Shown here piece after piece: positions 12,990-25,629 of a DNA stretch of 64,000 bases; positions within the stretch are counted from its first letter, which is position 1, and each line of letters begins with the position of its first letter. Source of the stretch: Isurus oxyrinchus. Its lineage: Eukaryota. The stretch spans positions 5,518,001-5,582,000 of the forward strand of contig JANJGN010000038.1 of the NCBI GenBank assembly GCA_026770705.1, in the 5' to 3' direction. The notes beneath the pieces are model-generated. The model was not told where the DNA came from. It saw only the letters and a program-made list of their open reading frames with translations, and searched no databases. Position numbers and translations under genes: made by a program.

Positions 12990-15730
12990 CTTTCCAAATA
13001 AGAGCACATCCACAAATAAAGAAGTACGATTTGATCGCCATTGCAGACATGGCTGCAGGAGGACATGGATTGGGACTTGAATATCAAAGGGCATTTTGGA
13101 AGGACATGAGGAGAAGAAATGGCGGAGGGGTGGCGCTGCTAGTTAATGGTGGCTTAGCAGAATAGAGAGGGATGACCCAAACTCATCAAACCAGGATGTG
13201 CAAACACTTTGGAAAGAGGTGAAAAATGGGAAAGTAAAGACAGCGCTTGTTGGAGTCGTGAGCAGGCCTCCTAATAGTAACCACGTGGTAACATGAAGGA
13301 AGAAATAATGGGAGCGTGTCGGAAAGGCATGACCGTAATCATGGGAGCTTTCAAACTACGTATGGACTGGAAAAGTCAGATGGGTAAAGGTAGCCCAGAT
13401 GTGGAGCTGATCGAATGTTTCCGGGATTGTTTCTTAGTTTTAGAGCCAACTAGAAAGCAGGCTATACCAGACCTGGCATTGGGCAATGAGATGGATTTAA
13501 TTAATGACCTCATGGTGAAGGCAGCCCTCGGTAGTACTGACTATCGTATGATTGAATTTTACATTCTGTTTGAGGGAGAGAGGAGTGGGTCCGAGACTAC
13601 TTTTAAGACTGAATGAGGGAAATTATGAGGGCATAAAAGCAGAACTGACTAAAAGTGAATTGGCATATTAAGTTAAGGGATAGGTTCATTGCGAAGTAAT
13701 GGTTTTAATTTTAGGGGATATATCAAGATACACAGGATATATACAATCCAGCGAGTACAAATAAGGTCCAGGGGACAACACACCCTCCGTGGTTACCTAG
13801 AAAGGTGAACGAGAGTACCAAACTTAAAGAAAACAAATATATGATTGTGCAATGATAGGTGGAATGCCAGTAGATTGGGCAGAAGAGAAGGATCAGCTTT
13901 AGATGACTATAAGTTTAATAAGGAGGGGAATAAAATAGAATACGACCAAAAGTTAGCCACAAATATAAAAACAGATAGTAAGAGATTCCATGAATATATT
14001 TTTGTAAAGAGACGAGTTATTGAAATGAGCGTTCGCACCAGAGAAAGTGAGTCTGAAGAATTGTTAATGGAAACCACGGAAATGGCAGATGAATCGAACA
14101 GGTACTTTGCATCAGTAGTTACTACAGAGGAAACAATTAACATTCCAGAGGCAGCTGTAAATCAGGAAATGGAAGGCAGGGAGGAACTCAGGAAAATTAC
14201 AATCACCAGAGAAGTGGTACTGAGTAAATAGTTGGAGCTGCAGGCTGACAACTGCCTGGGTCCTGATGGACTTCATCCTGGGGTCTGAAAAGAAGTGGCT
14301 CGTGAGATAGTTGAGGAATTGCTTTAATGTTTTTCCAAGCTCACTAGATTCAGCGGATGTTCCTTTAGTTTGGGATAGAAAACAGAAGGAGACAGGAAGC
14401 GGGAAACTGCAGGCCAGTTAGCTTGACATCTGTTATGGGGAAAAAGTTAGAAGCTACTATAAAAAAAGCTGTAGCAGATAACTTTGACACGTTCAATGTA
14501 ATCAGGGAGAACCAGCATGATTTTGAGGAAGTAACATGGGCTGTGGATAAATGGTAACCGATGGATATACTGCAGTAAGGTTGGCAGAAGGCATTTGATT
14601 ATGTGCCACATCAAAGGTTATTACGGAAGACAAAAGCCCATGATATATAGGGAATCTTATTAGTATGGATAGAAGATTGGCTGGCTAACAGGAATAAATG
14701 GAATTTTCAGGTTGGCAAGGTGTAACGAGTAGTGTGCCAAAGGACTCAGTGCTAAGACCTCAACTCTTTACAATTTATATAAATGAGTTACATGAAAGGA
14801 TGGAAGGGATGGTTGTCAAATTTGCTGATGACACAAAGATAGGTAGGAAAGTAAGTTGTGAAGAGGATATAAGGAGGCTACAAAAAGACATAGATAAAGA
14901 GAGTGGGCAAAGGTCTGGCTAACGGAGTATAATATTGGAAATTTGAAATTGTCCATTTTGGCAGGAAGAATAAAAGAGAAGCATATTATCTAAATGGTGA
15001 GAGATTGCAGAGCTCTGAGATTCAGTGATCTGGATGTCTTAGTGTGTGAATCATTAAAGGCTAGTATGCAGGTACAGCAAGTAATTAGTAAATAGAAAGT
15101 TATCATTGATTGCAAAGGGAATTTAATTTAAAAATAGGGATGTTATGCTCCGGTTATACAAAGCATTAGTGAGACCACATCTGGAGTACTGTGTGCAATT
15201 TTGGTCACCTTGTTTAAGGAAGGATGTAAATGCGTTAGAATCAGTTCAGAGAAGGTTTCCCAGATTCATAACTGGAATGGGTGGATTGTTTTATGAGGAA
15301 CAATTAGACAGGCTAGGCTGGAGTTTAGGAGAGTAGCAGGCGACTTGGTTGAAACATGTAAGATCCTGGAGGTCCTTGACAGGGTGGATGTACAGAGGAT
15401 GTTTCCTGTTATTGGATAACCTGAAACTAGTGGTCACTGTTTAAAAATAAGGGGCTACTCATTTCAACCATAGATGGGACGATTTTCCTTTATCTCTGTG
15501 GGTCTTGAGTATTGGGAACTCTCTTCCTGAAAATATTGCTTAATAAATTTTACTTGATCCATAAATACCACTTATTGGGAACTTGTTTGGTGAGGCGCAA
15601 TTAAATACTCCATTATTATTTAATCAAGAATTCGGAACGTAGATATTTTAACTAAAATGGTTTTATATCTCAAAATCTCCTAAGCTTTACAGGCCTCCTT
15701 CTGTGCTGCAAGCATTCCGTGATTCAATGA
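12990..15730 (+). mobile_element. Decayed CR1 LINE ORF2 (AP endonuclease plus RT) and 3' end
   Basis: Fragments YDLIAIA, GGGVALLV, KFADDTKIG and LYKALVRPHLEYCVQFWSP, with many stops and frameshifts. Confidence 0.93.
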
Positions 15731-15789
15731 TTTATATTTTTATCAATGACCTCACAAGCATTAACTGAAATTGGCATTTAAACGGCATC

Positions 15790-17300
15790 GATAATAGCAA
15801 CGTGTGTCCAGCAGATGGCAGTGAAGCCGAGGTACTTTACATTAAACAGGCATTCTCTCAATTGTTACCGAAACGGACGCTATCTCTGTTCACATTAAAC
15901 TAGACTCCGTCTCTGATCATATCACAGGGTCATATTTCTGATGATTTTACAGCAGGTCATGTCTATTTGTTTCCTTACTCAGCCCAATCTCTGTTGTTGA
16001 TATACCTGATCCGGGCCCTCTTTGTATTATATCAAACCTTCTCTCAGTTATGACTGCACTGAATCATCTCTCGGCTAACATGACATTAGGTCATGTCTCA
16101 ATTGTTACTGAACTAGACCCTGTCTCTTTTAATACTGAACCAGAACATGCTCATGGTTGCATCACACGAGGCTGTGTCTCAGTTTTTACTCTGCCACGTT
16201 TATACTGAACTTGACAATTTCACAGTTAATGCTGCGCATATAAATTTCTGTTTATATCACACAATGTCCCTTCTCTGTTACTATTGTACTATACCATGTC
16301 TCTCTCATTGCTGCACTTGTCCAGGTTTCTATTGGTATTAATCTACGTACTTGGCTGGGAGTGATTGCACTAGGTCTTATTTTAATTGATATTGCACAAG
16401 GTCCTTTATCAAGTTAAACTGCACTAGACCCTGTGTCAGTTTCCTTACACTAGATTCTGTCTCCTTTATTACTTCGTCAGTCCATGTCTCTGCTCAAATT
16501 ACACACGCTACTGCCTCATCTATTCCTGCACCCAGCACTGCCTCACTTTATAATCCACGAGATCGCATTTCTATTTACGTTACACTAGACCATCTCTCTG
16601 TTCATGTCAGTCTAGGTCATGTCTCTGCTGACATTCCGCTGGACGTTTCCTTGCATGTGTTAATATAGAACTAGACCCTGTATATTTGTATGCAGTGCAG
16701 ACCATGCCTGTGATTATTTTACACAAGGCCACGTCTATTACTAATACGCTGGACCTTGTCTCAGTAATTATTAAACTTGACCCAGTTTTCTTTTCAATTA
16801 TTGGAGATGTTGTATCAATATTCGGTGCACTCTGCCCTGTCTCAGTATTACTGCACCTGACCCTGTCTCGGTTTATATCCAAATGGATCCTTTCATAATA
16901 TTACACCAGTTCCTGCCTCAGTTATATCAGTGCTTGGCCCCATCTCAGTTGTTCTGGAACTATACCATGTCTCTTTTTGTATTACATACGGCAAAGTCCC
17001 AGTTCTTACTGCGCTGGACTAATGGTCCCTATACACAGCACTAAGCTTTATTTTAGTTGTTGCTGCACTACTCCATGTCTCTGCTTATATTACGTTAGCC
17101 CTATCTCTGATGTCTCATAAGTTACAGAAGATGCAGTCGCAGTTATTATTGCACTAGACTCTGCCTTTTTAATGCTAAACTGGACCCCTTTTCATTTTAT
17201 ATTGCACTAGTCCTGATCTCTATTATTACTTCAGAAAACAATTTCTTAGCTTAAATTAAGCTAATCCAGCCTGAGTTATTACTGCGCTAGGCTGTGTCTA
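15790..17300 (-). repeat. Degenerate 27-bp-family minisatellite, reverse orientation relative to the main array
   Basis: Recurrent CCCTGTCTCAGTTATTACTGCACTAGA-like units, the reverse complement of ACTGAGACAGGG units. Confidence 0.75.
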
Positions 17301-18339
17301 TGTGAACTAGAGAGATAATATAAATAAAGGTAATGAGCTAGAAAATGGTCCCTGGCCTTGGCTAAAGATGGGCGGCATGAGATGGGTGGCCAATTCAGCG
17401 CCTGATATTCAGTTTCATTATAGTTGACAGTATCACTGATCATATGCCACCTGTTCTGTTTGTTTTCATGAAGAGAATCATTCTTCACACTTGCACTGTA
17501 ATTCCTCGAATATAAATTATTTACTTTCACCATTGTTTGGCATTTCATGTTCTCTTCTTCAAATTGTGGCTGCCGATCTTTTAATGCAGAAAAAAAATAT
17601 TGGTCCCATTTTCTACTCTGTGCCATTGTATAGAAAGTCATGGCATACATCGTTACTAAGATGAAGGTGCCAATTACCAATCTGTCGCTCGCCCCTCTAT
17701 CTGATGCAGCGCATAAGTTACTGTCTTCTGTTTGCCTGTCTGTCCGTTTCTCTCTCTCTCTCCCTCACACACACGCACACACACACCTCACGGTCTTTCT
17801 GCAACTTCAGTGAATGTGTTAACACCCCAAAAAGAACAATTCATGCATTTCAACTGAAGATCGTTTAATATTGTAATTATTTATTAATAACCATTCTGCT
17901 GTGTGCTCTTGTTTATAAAGTGATTTCAGACTGTTTATGTCATTTCCCAGCTGGAGTTATCTGCCTCAGGTGATCAGATGGAATGTGGATTACATCACCT
18001 CGAGAATAAGGACAGCTTATTGGCAAATGATCACATCAGCATCTCACAGAAGTTCCTGTCTATACAGTGAGTCTGTGATCATTTGTGGAAGCAAAATGGA
18101 CAAATTGAAACTGTACCTGTTGTGAGGTTAATATAACTGTAATTCTATGGTTTATTACTCCTAGGGATGGAAAGGGTTGAAACATTCCTTGATCTCCAGG
18201 GAATTTTCAATCTTTTGTTTCTGCAACCTTTGAGTGTAACTTCCACTCTTTCCACTACAACTGCACTAATCCTTTTTGCACTGAATATTCTGCTTCGATG
18301 CTGTATGTTCCATGTAATGACTCAGGCTCTTTGTAGCAT

Positions 18340-19020
18340 AAACAGATGCAGGGTCGATGTATTACAAACAGATATATGGGCTGGTGCAGTATTAACAAAG
18401 CTAGGGCCTGTTGTAATGGAAACAGAGATAATCTAGTGCCGAGATAACAGAGACAGGACCCGGTGTAATATAAGCAAAGATATGTACTACTGCATTAATA
18501 GCAGAGATAGGTCCTAGTGTAAAGATAGAAGAAATAAGTCTTTGTTTAATCACAATGGATACAATACTTTGCACAATGATATCCAGTTTATCGCTAAGTG
18601 ATTACTGTCAAATTTATCAATGTTAGGAACATGTTACTGTTGAAAATAGACGGGAACAATGTTCCCATAGTAAGAGCAGAGTATTAAATTGGATGGATAA
18701 GCAGGTTATTTTCTGGCTGGATCAGTGGCGGGAGTGAAGTGTAATAATTACTGAAATACGAGGCAATGCAATAAGAATGGACTCAGAGTCCAGTGTGATT
18801 ACAGCAAAGGCATTGTTTAATTTTAGTGTAACGAGGACAGTGTTCGATCCAATACTAACAGCCGCAGGTTGCAGTGTATTACTGAACACATCACTGAATC
18901 CAGTGTGCTGAGAGCACAGTCGGCGTCTAGTGCATCAAAACCGAAGTTAAGGTGTCATACATTAGTGCATGTGATTCCGAAAACGTTGTAAATAAGTTGC
19001 CGAATAACAGAATCAAGGAC
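18340..19020 (+). repeat. Degenerate 27-bp-family minisatellite
   Basis: ACAGAGACAGG..CTAGTG.AAT units. Confidence 0.6.
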
Positions 19021-19109
19021 CATTGAACTCTGAATGGAATAAGGTTTGCGATGGGAACTGTGAACAGATCATGTCCGTGTTGAATATTTGGCAACAATCT
19101 CAGTCGTGG

Positions 19110-19310
19110 CTCAGAATATTTGGGTTCCAGTCTCTCTCCAGTTAAAATCCTAGAACTCTCTCCCTAACAACACTGCAGGTGTACCTACACCATGTGGACT
19201 GCAGTGGTTCAAGAAGGCAGTTCACCACCACCTTCTCAAGGGAAATATGGGATGGGCAATAAATGTTGGCCCAGCCAGCGAAGCTCGCATGCCGTGAATG
19301 AATGAGAAAA
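19110..19310 (+). mobile_element. HER1/HE1 3' tail fragment
   Basis: GGACTGCAGTGGTTCAAGAAGGCAG...CCTTCTCAAGGG...GGGATGGGCAATAAATG. Confidence 0.8.
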
Positions 19311-19959
19311 AGAGACTGGACCCCATAAACTGGGTGGGTTCTGCAGGTGTCAGTATAAATTCAAGTTTAATTGCTTTTAATTGGTCCTTCTGCCCAATAT
19401 GTTCTTATAGTCAGAATCGATGAGAGAATATAGCAGACAGAACAATCCTGTACAGTGTCCCTATCCAGCCAGACAGGGGTTCCTGCGACACAATCACACG
19501 TTTGACTAGCGCGTTCACTGAAAAAAAATTCTTCCAGTTAAATTAATGAAACAAGTGGCGATGACATGGCCAGGCAGATTGGAGCCTGGTATAATAATGA
19601 TCACAGAGGCAGCCTGTAATGTATGAATGACAGAGGCCGTTTTTACCGCTTGTACTCTTGCATTGAGCGAGGTAGATGAGCAAAGAAATCCGAATGTAAA
19701 TGTAAAGCAAACTGGAAGGAAGCAGTTGTGTTTTGGGGAGAGTGCAGGCTCCTATGCGATGATGAGCGGGGGAGGGAATTGTGTGATAAGAAAGTCATGG
19801 AGATATCATGACAAAGGCCCGTGTGACTGACTCCACCTGACTAAGAATGTTTATACCCAAGGGGGAGGCAATAAGGACATGGAGACTGCAGAGGTTCTGA
19901 TATCTGAGCTGACACTGACGCACCTGACAGAGGAACAGAAACGGATCTGTTCCTTCACA

Positions 19960-20138
19960 AAACAAAAACAGAATTAACTGGAAAAACTCAGCAGGTCTGG
20001 CAGCATCGGCGGAGAAGAAAAGAGTTGACGTTTCGAGTCCTCATGACCCTTCGACAGAGCCAGACCTGCTGAGTTTTTCCAGGTAATTCTGTTTTTGTTT
20101 TGTATTTCCAGCATCCGCAGTTTTGTTTTGTTTTTATC
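19960..20138 (-). mobile_element. Penelope-like element terminal-repeat derivative with inverted arms and 14-bp target-site duplication
   Basis: TCTGTTCCTTCACA is duplicated at 19946-19959 and 20139-20152. Arms at about 19960-20001 and 20059-20100 are inverted repeats, and a hammerhead-like core lies at 20024-20057 on the minus strand. Confidence 0.75.
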
Positions 20139-20639
20139 TCTGTTCCTTCACAGTTTATCCTGCAGGTTTGGAGTTGCACAGAGGCACACGGGCCGAATCT
20201 GACAGCTCAAACAAACCGACATTTTCAATCTTCTGCTTGATTTTCATTGTGACTGAAAAGGTCAAATAGCAAAATTTCCCCAGAGCAAAATTCCGTGCCA
20301 CAGAGATTCAGGAGGTGGGGATTTTCTGATCAGAGTTCGATCCAGGGGCATTCACTTGGAGTTTATAAATAGCGTCTTGAAAGATACCTGACAATTATCA
20401 GCATTACACGTACAGACACTTTCAGGCGGCAGGATTAGCGCACCAGTTAAACTGTGTAATTATCACATTTTATTTGGGCCCAATAAAGGACAGAGGAGGT
20501 GCCGAAATGATACTGCAACAAGAAGATACATAAATACAGAAAGATAAAGAGTAAGAAGAGCAAAAATCATTGAAAAAAAGTCCTTAAACCTATTGTGCTT
20601 GTGTCGGCTCTTTAAAAGGTCTGTCCAATATTCCCCATA

Positions 20640-21765
20640 ATGGTCAGGATATGCAGGGGAAGGTGGCAGGTTGGATCCAAATTTGTCTCACGACAAGAAA
20701 CAAAGAGTAATGGTCAATGGGTGTTTCTGCGAAAGGGAAACGGTTCCCAGTGCTTTTCCACAACGCTCAGTGCTGGGCTCTTGCTGTTTGTTGTGTTTAT
20801 TAATAACTTAAATTTAAATGTGAGAGGCATGATTGGGAAATTTGCAGATGACGCAAAAATTGGTCGTGTAGTGGAGAGACTGGCTGTGGACTCCAAAATG
20901 ACATGACTGGTTTGGTTGAGTAGACGAAGTGGCAAATGGGATTGAATTTGGAAAAGTGTGAGCTAATGCATTTGAGAGGGCGGAGGAGACAAAGCAAAGG
21001 AATTCTCAATAAACAGAAAGATATTGGGAGGTTGAGGAAGTGCGAGGTGGATGTTCACAGCTTCCCAAAAGTTGGCGGGACAGGTGGACAAGGTGGTCAA
21101 GAAAACTTATGCAATGTTTTCCTTTATTGGGCGAGGTGTTGAACAGAAAAGCAAAGATATAATAATGGAACTGTGTAAAACGCTGGTTCAACTACAGCTG
21201 GAGCTTTGCGTACAATCCTGGTCACCACGTTACAAGAAAGCATAATCGCTCGCAGAGAGCTTAGAGGAGATTTACAAGAATGTTACCAGGGCTTGAAAAT
21301 AGCAGCTAAGAGGAGAGATTATATAGGCTAGGGCTGTTTTTCTTAGAACAGAGAAGGCTAAGGGGTGGCATGATTCAGGTGTACAAAATGACGAGGGGCC
21401 TAGATAGGGCAGACAGGGAAGAGTTGTCCCTCGTCACTGAGCCGTCAGTTATCAGGGGGAACAGAGTTAAGGTGATTGGTAGACAGATTAGCGGGGACAT
21501 GAGGAAAAACCTTTTCACCAAGATGGTGGTGGACATCTGGAATTCACTGCATAAGTTGAGGGTTGAAATAGAAACGGTCAACCCATTTAAAAGGCACCTG
21601 CATCTGCACCTGAACTGCTGTAACCTGCAAGGTTATGGACCAGGTGCTGGGAAGTGGGGTTAAAATGAGCGGCAAGTTTCTTTTATTTTTGGCCAGCGCA
21701 ATCACAATGGGCTGAATGGCCTCTTTCTGCACCATAACTTTTCTAGGATTCTATGTTTCTATTAT
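20640..21765 (+). mobile_element. Decayed CR1 LINE, 3' part
   Basis: KFADDAKIG, VDKVVKKTYAMFSFIGRG, LELCVQSWSP; ends in TTTCTAGGATTCTATGTTTCTA. Confidence 0.92.
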
Positions 21766-22848
21766 CTGACAGTTTTTAAGTTCTAAAGTATGTATACTCT
21801 TTCCAAAGTTGAATTCGCTTCTGCTATCATTTCAGGTTGTTCTTTCCAGCTCATGACAACTCACCGTGTTAAAAAAATTCAGTTCTAATCTCACCATCCA
21901 GTTGAATTAATCTGAATCTGTCATCTCTGATCACTGATTGTTGTGCCAGTTGAAACGGGCTCTCTTTATTTAATCCATCAAACCTTTAGTGATTTTGAAC
22001 ATGTGTATGAAAGAGATGTAGAGATGGAGAGAGATGCCAGAACTGACACAGAGCATAAAACTGAGCGAGGTTAAAGAGAAATAAGGAAGAGGCGGCATGA
22101 GAGGTAAATTGAGAAATAAAGCCAACAAGCAACACAGAGCAAATGTCACAAAATATAAGGGAGCAAGCGGTCATTTCCCAGCTTTAGAGAACAGGGGAAG
22201 TTCAGTGAATGATCCACAGACACATCCAGTTATGTCTTGGAATGGCAACTCGAAATAGAAATAGATCACAGCAGCCCCATTTGTAAATCTCATCGCAATG
22301 TGATCTGTGTGATGCTGCACTGACTCTGTGGCCAGATATAGGCCGCCTTCACAGATGTTTCCACCAGATTGTGGCCCCTAGATTTATTTACTGCTCAGAA
22401 GTGAGATGTGTGGTTAGGAACCAGCAGCAGAGAAACAGGAAGTGGTGTTACCTGAGAATGAAACAGCAGCCGTCAGTTTGATGTTATCACCATGAACAGT
22501 CTTCCTGCCTGTGAGGGTGAACTCACTCTGACAGCATCAAGAAGCCCAGCATAGATTGTTCCTAGTTTTTACATTGCATTCACCTCCATTCCCATATAAA
22601 AAACAAAACATATGAGTTTCTATTGGTTGTAGCATGTTTATTGAAGGTGGAGGTGGATTAAGGATTATCACTGGGAGAAAAAAATAAAAAAAAATTAAAC
22701 ATCCTTCACGGATGACTCTTTGGGTAAAGAATGTTTTAAATGAATCATGTGTTGTCTGGTAAAGGGACAAGAGAGTTAAATGGCCTCTGTGTAAGAGCGG
22801 GGTTAAATAATTTATGTTGTGTCTGAGGCAGTTTAAGTGATTAAGTTG

Positions 22849-22888
22849 CTATCTATCTATCTATCTATCTATCTATCTGTCTGTCTAT
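22849..22888. repeat. (CTAT)n microsatellite
   Basis: Direct reading. Confidence 0.95.
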
Positions 22889-23179
22889 GAGATGGTGTTT
22901 AGTGTAGTCTTAAATGAGCTGTGGCCTAGTGTGTTGTAAACATAAACAGTGTTTGGATCAGTCTAACTGAGGAACATCCTTGTGTAATTTAAAAGCATTC
23001 CGGCTTGAAGGTGATAACTCAGACTAGCCTAATTGAATAGAAATAGAGATATGGACTATTTTAATATTAGATGAAGTAGGTTCGGCTGTAACAGTAACAG
23101 TGACATTGTCTAAAGCAGAAAAAATGAGGCTGAATCCACTGCAGCCATTACATATAAAGTAACTGGAGGAAAATACTTT

Positions 23180-23750
23180 CATACAGCGCCTAGGGGCAGT
23201 GATTGATGATACAGGGTTTGATCAATATAAACGGAGACATGGTCAAGTGCACTGGCTGATGATGCAGGGTTTGATCAGTAACAACTGAGGCAGGGACTAG
23301 TGCAGTGATTGACAATACAGGGCCTAGATTAATATCAATTGAAACTGGGCCTAGTGAAGGAATTACTTATTAAGCTCCTTGATGAATATAAACTGAGACG
23401 AGGTCCAGTAGCAGTCATTAGTGTAACAGGGTCTAGATTTAAATGAATTGAGGCATGGTAAAGTGCAGTGATTACTGAAACAAGACCAAGATTGATATAA
23501 ACTGGGACAGTGCCTAGTGCAGCGATGACTGTTACTGTGCATAGATTAATGTAAACTGAGACAATGCCTAGTGAAGGAACTACTGATTAAGAGCCTTGGT
23601 GAATATAAAGTGGGGCAGGGGCAAGTGCAGTGATTACTGATGTAAGGCCTAGGTTTATATAAAGTGAGGGAGGGTCAAGTTCTGTGAATACTGATACTGG
23701 ACCTGGGTTAAAATGAACAGAACAGAATCTAGTGCCGCCATTACCAATAT
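23180..23750 (+). repeat. Degenerate 54-bp (2x27) minisatellite block
   Basis: AGTGCAGTGATTACTGATACAGGG..TAGATTAATATAAACTGAGAC units; apparently separated from the main array by the RTE insertion. Confidence 0.8.
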
Positions 23751-23754
23751 ATCA

Positions 23755-25620
23755 CCTGACATAGGTGTACAACCTCATATCCCTCACATGCGAAGGGGAC
23801 TGCATGCCGAGGGAGGTCAGGAATCCTCTGAATATGAGTCTACTCAAGAAGGGAGACAAGTCTAATTGCATTAACCCAAAAGAATCCCCTTTGCTGTCTC
23901 CCAGAAGGAAGATTATTGCAAGCATCCTCCTTAGTGACACACTTACCATGACCACAGAGCTCTTTACAGAGACGCAGTGACATTTTCACCCATCGAGAGG
24001 CACCATGATGTTCACTGCGTGGCAAATCAATGAGAAATGCCATGAGCAGTAGCAACAGCTGCACACGGCCTTGCTCCACATCACAAATGCCCTTTCCTCT
24101 GCCGACGATTAAGACATATGGAGTATCCCCTCAAATTTGGTGCCATCAGAAATTTTTCACCATCCTCCATCTGTTCCACAATGGATTGCAAGCCCTGATC
24201 CTCACCAGCGGAACCAGCATGGACCCTACCTCTGTGAAAACTGGGGTCAGACAGGCTTGTGTCACCGCACCAACCCTCTCCTCATTGTGTTCTCTATGTA
24301 ATAGTTCACCTCACCTCCAGAAGATTTCCCACAGGTTGGAGATAATCTAGCGAACAGACAGGAAACTGTTGATCCTACACCACCTTCAATCCAAAACCAA
24401 AATCTCCCAGCATCATTCATTGAGCTTCAGTAACCTTCTGGTTCTTGTGTGCACCCTTACTGAAAACTGAGCTCCAGTTTATTGCTGACAACTTCTTTGA
24501 AGGATATGAAAAAATTGCCTTTCCATTAAACACCCAGAAAGATAAGACTCACTTCCAAACAGCCCCCAGACCACAAAACCTCCCCCATTGGCAAGATCTT
24601 GAAAATGTGGATCTTCTTCAATACCTTCGGAGACTCCTCTCTAGGAAGGCAGAAATAGGCAGCAAAACTCATCATTGAGTCTAATGCAGAGGGCCAGCCT
24701 TTGGCCGACAGACGATCACGGTATTTGAGGATTAGAATTCCAAACCCAAGTCTCTGGCCATGGTATACTGGGCAGCAGTGATCTCCAAGCACCTAAATGC
24801 TTCTGGACTTGGACAACACCGAGTAGGCACCTCTAAGTTCTGAAGAATTAATACCAGCAGTGCCATTAGAAGGTTCTACAAACCCAATGTGAGGAAAGGC
24901 AGTCAGACAGCAGTGTCCTCTCTCAAACCAATATGCCCAACAGAGAGACCCTCATCACTCAATAGAGGCTCTGCTGGGTGGAACATATGGTTCGTATGCC
25001 GAACACAAAACTCCCAAAGTCATTAATCCACTTGGAACTCTGTCTCAGCAGGAAGCAAATAGAGTGCTTGAGGGATGTGCTCAAAGCATCCCAGAAATGT
25101 TCGAACATATCTGCCAGTTCATGGGGGTCCCTAGTTTGTGGCTGACCAAAATCAAAGAAGCTTATTCGGGAAGGCTGATGTCCACTAATATCCTTCAGGG
25201 GAGTCACGCCAGGGTCACTCAGCTCCTGATCCCATTACAGCCTTGGTCTAAACATGGACAAATGAGCTAAAATCTAAAGTTGAGGTGAAAGTAACAGCCT
25301 TTGATATGAAGGCAGCATCTGTCAGAGTGTCAAGGAGTCTTAGCAAAACTGGAGTCAATGGGAATCAGGGGGGAAACTCTCTGTTGGTCAGTGTCATCTG
25401 TAACACAGACGAAGCTGGTTGTGGTTGTTGGAGAATTAATCATCTCAGTTCCAGAACATCACTGCAGTTGTTAATTAGAGTAATGCCCTAGGTCCAACCA
25501 TCTTTCGCAGAGTCTGCAGATGGCGCATTGGGCCTAACAGCCAAATCAGAACATATCGAAGTGGCATGGCAGCATGTCATCCTCGATCCTGAGGGAATGC
25601 CTAAGAAGAAGGAGACAGTC
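23755..25620 (+). mobile_element. Decayed RTE-clade LINE with a nested HER1-like fragment (about 25200-25505)
   Basis: KKGDKSNC, VKTGVRQACVTAPTL (RTE GVKQGCVLAPTLF-like) and CWVEHMVRMP remnants; the nested piece matches 4880-5145. Confidence 0.8.
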
Positions 25621-25629
25621 TCTAGATGA

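Noticed and set aside
4620-15730. RT-like ORFs as active retroelements or host genes
   Set aside because: All LINE copies are fragmented by stops and frameshifts.
17930-18070. Plus-strand peptide TVYVISQLELSASGDQMECGLHH resembling the end of an Ig C domain
   Set aside because: Strand-to-Cys spacing is too short, there is no upstream Cys/Trp half-domain, and a stop follows soon after.
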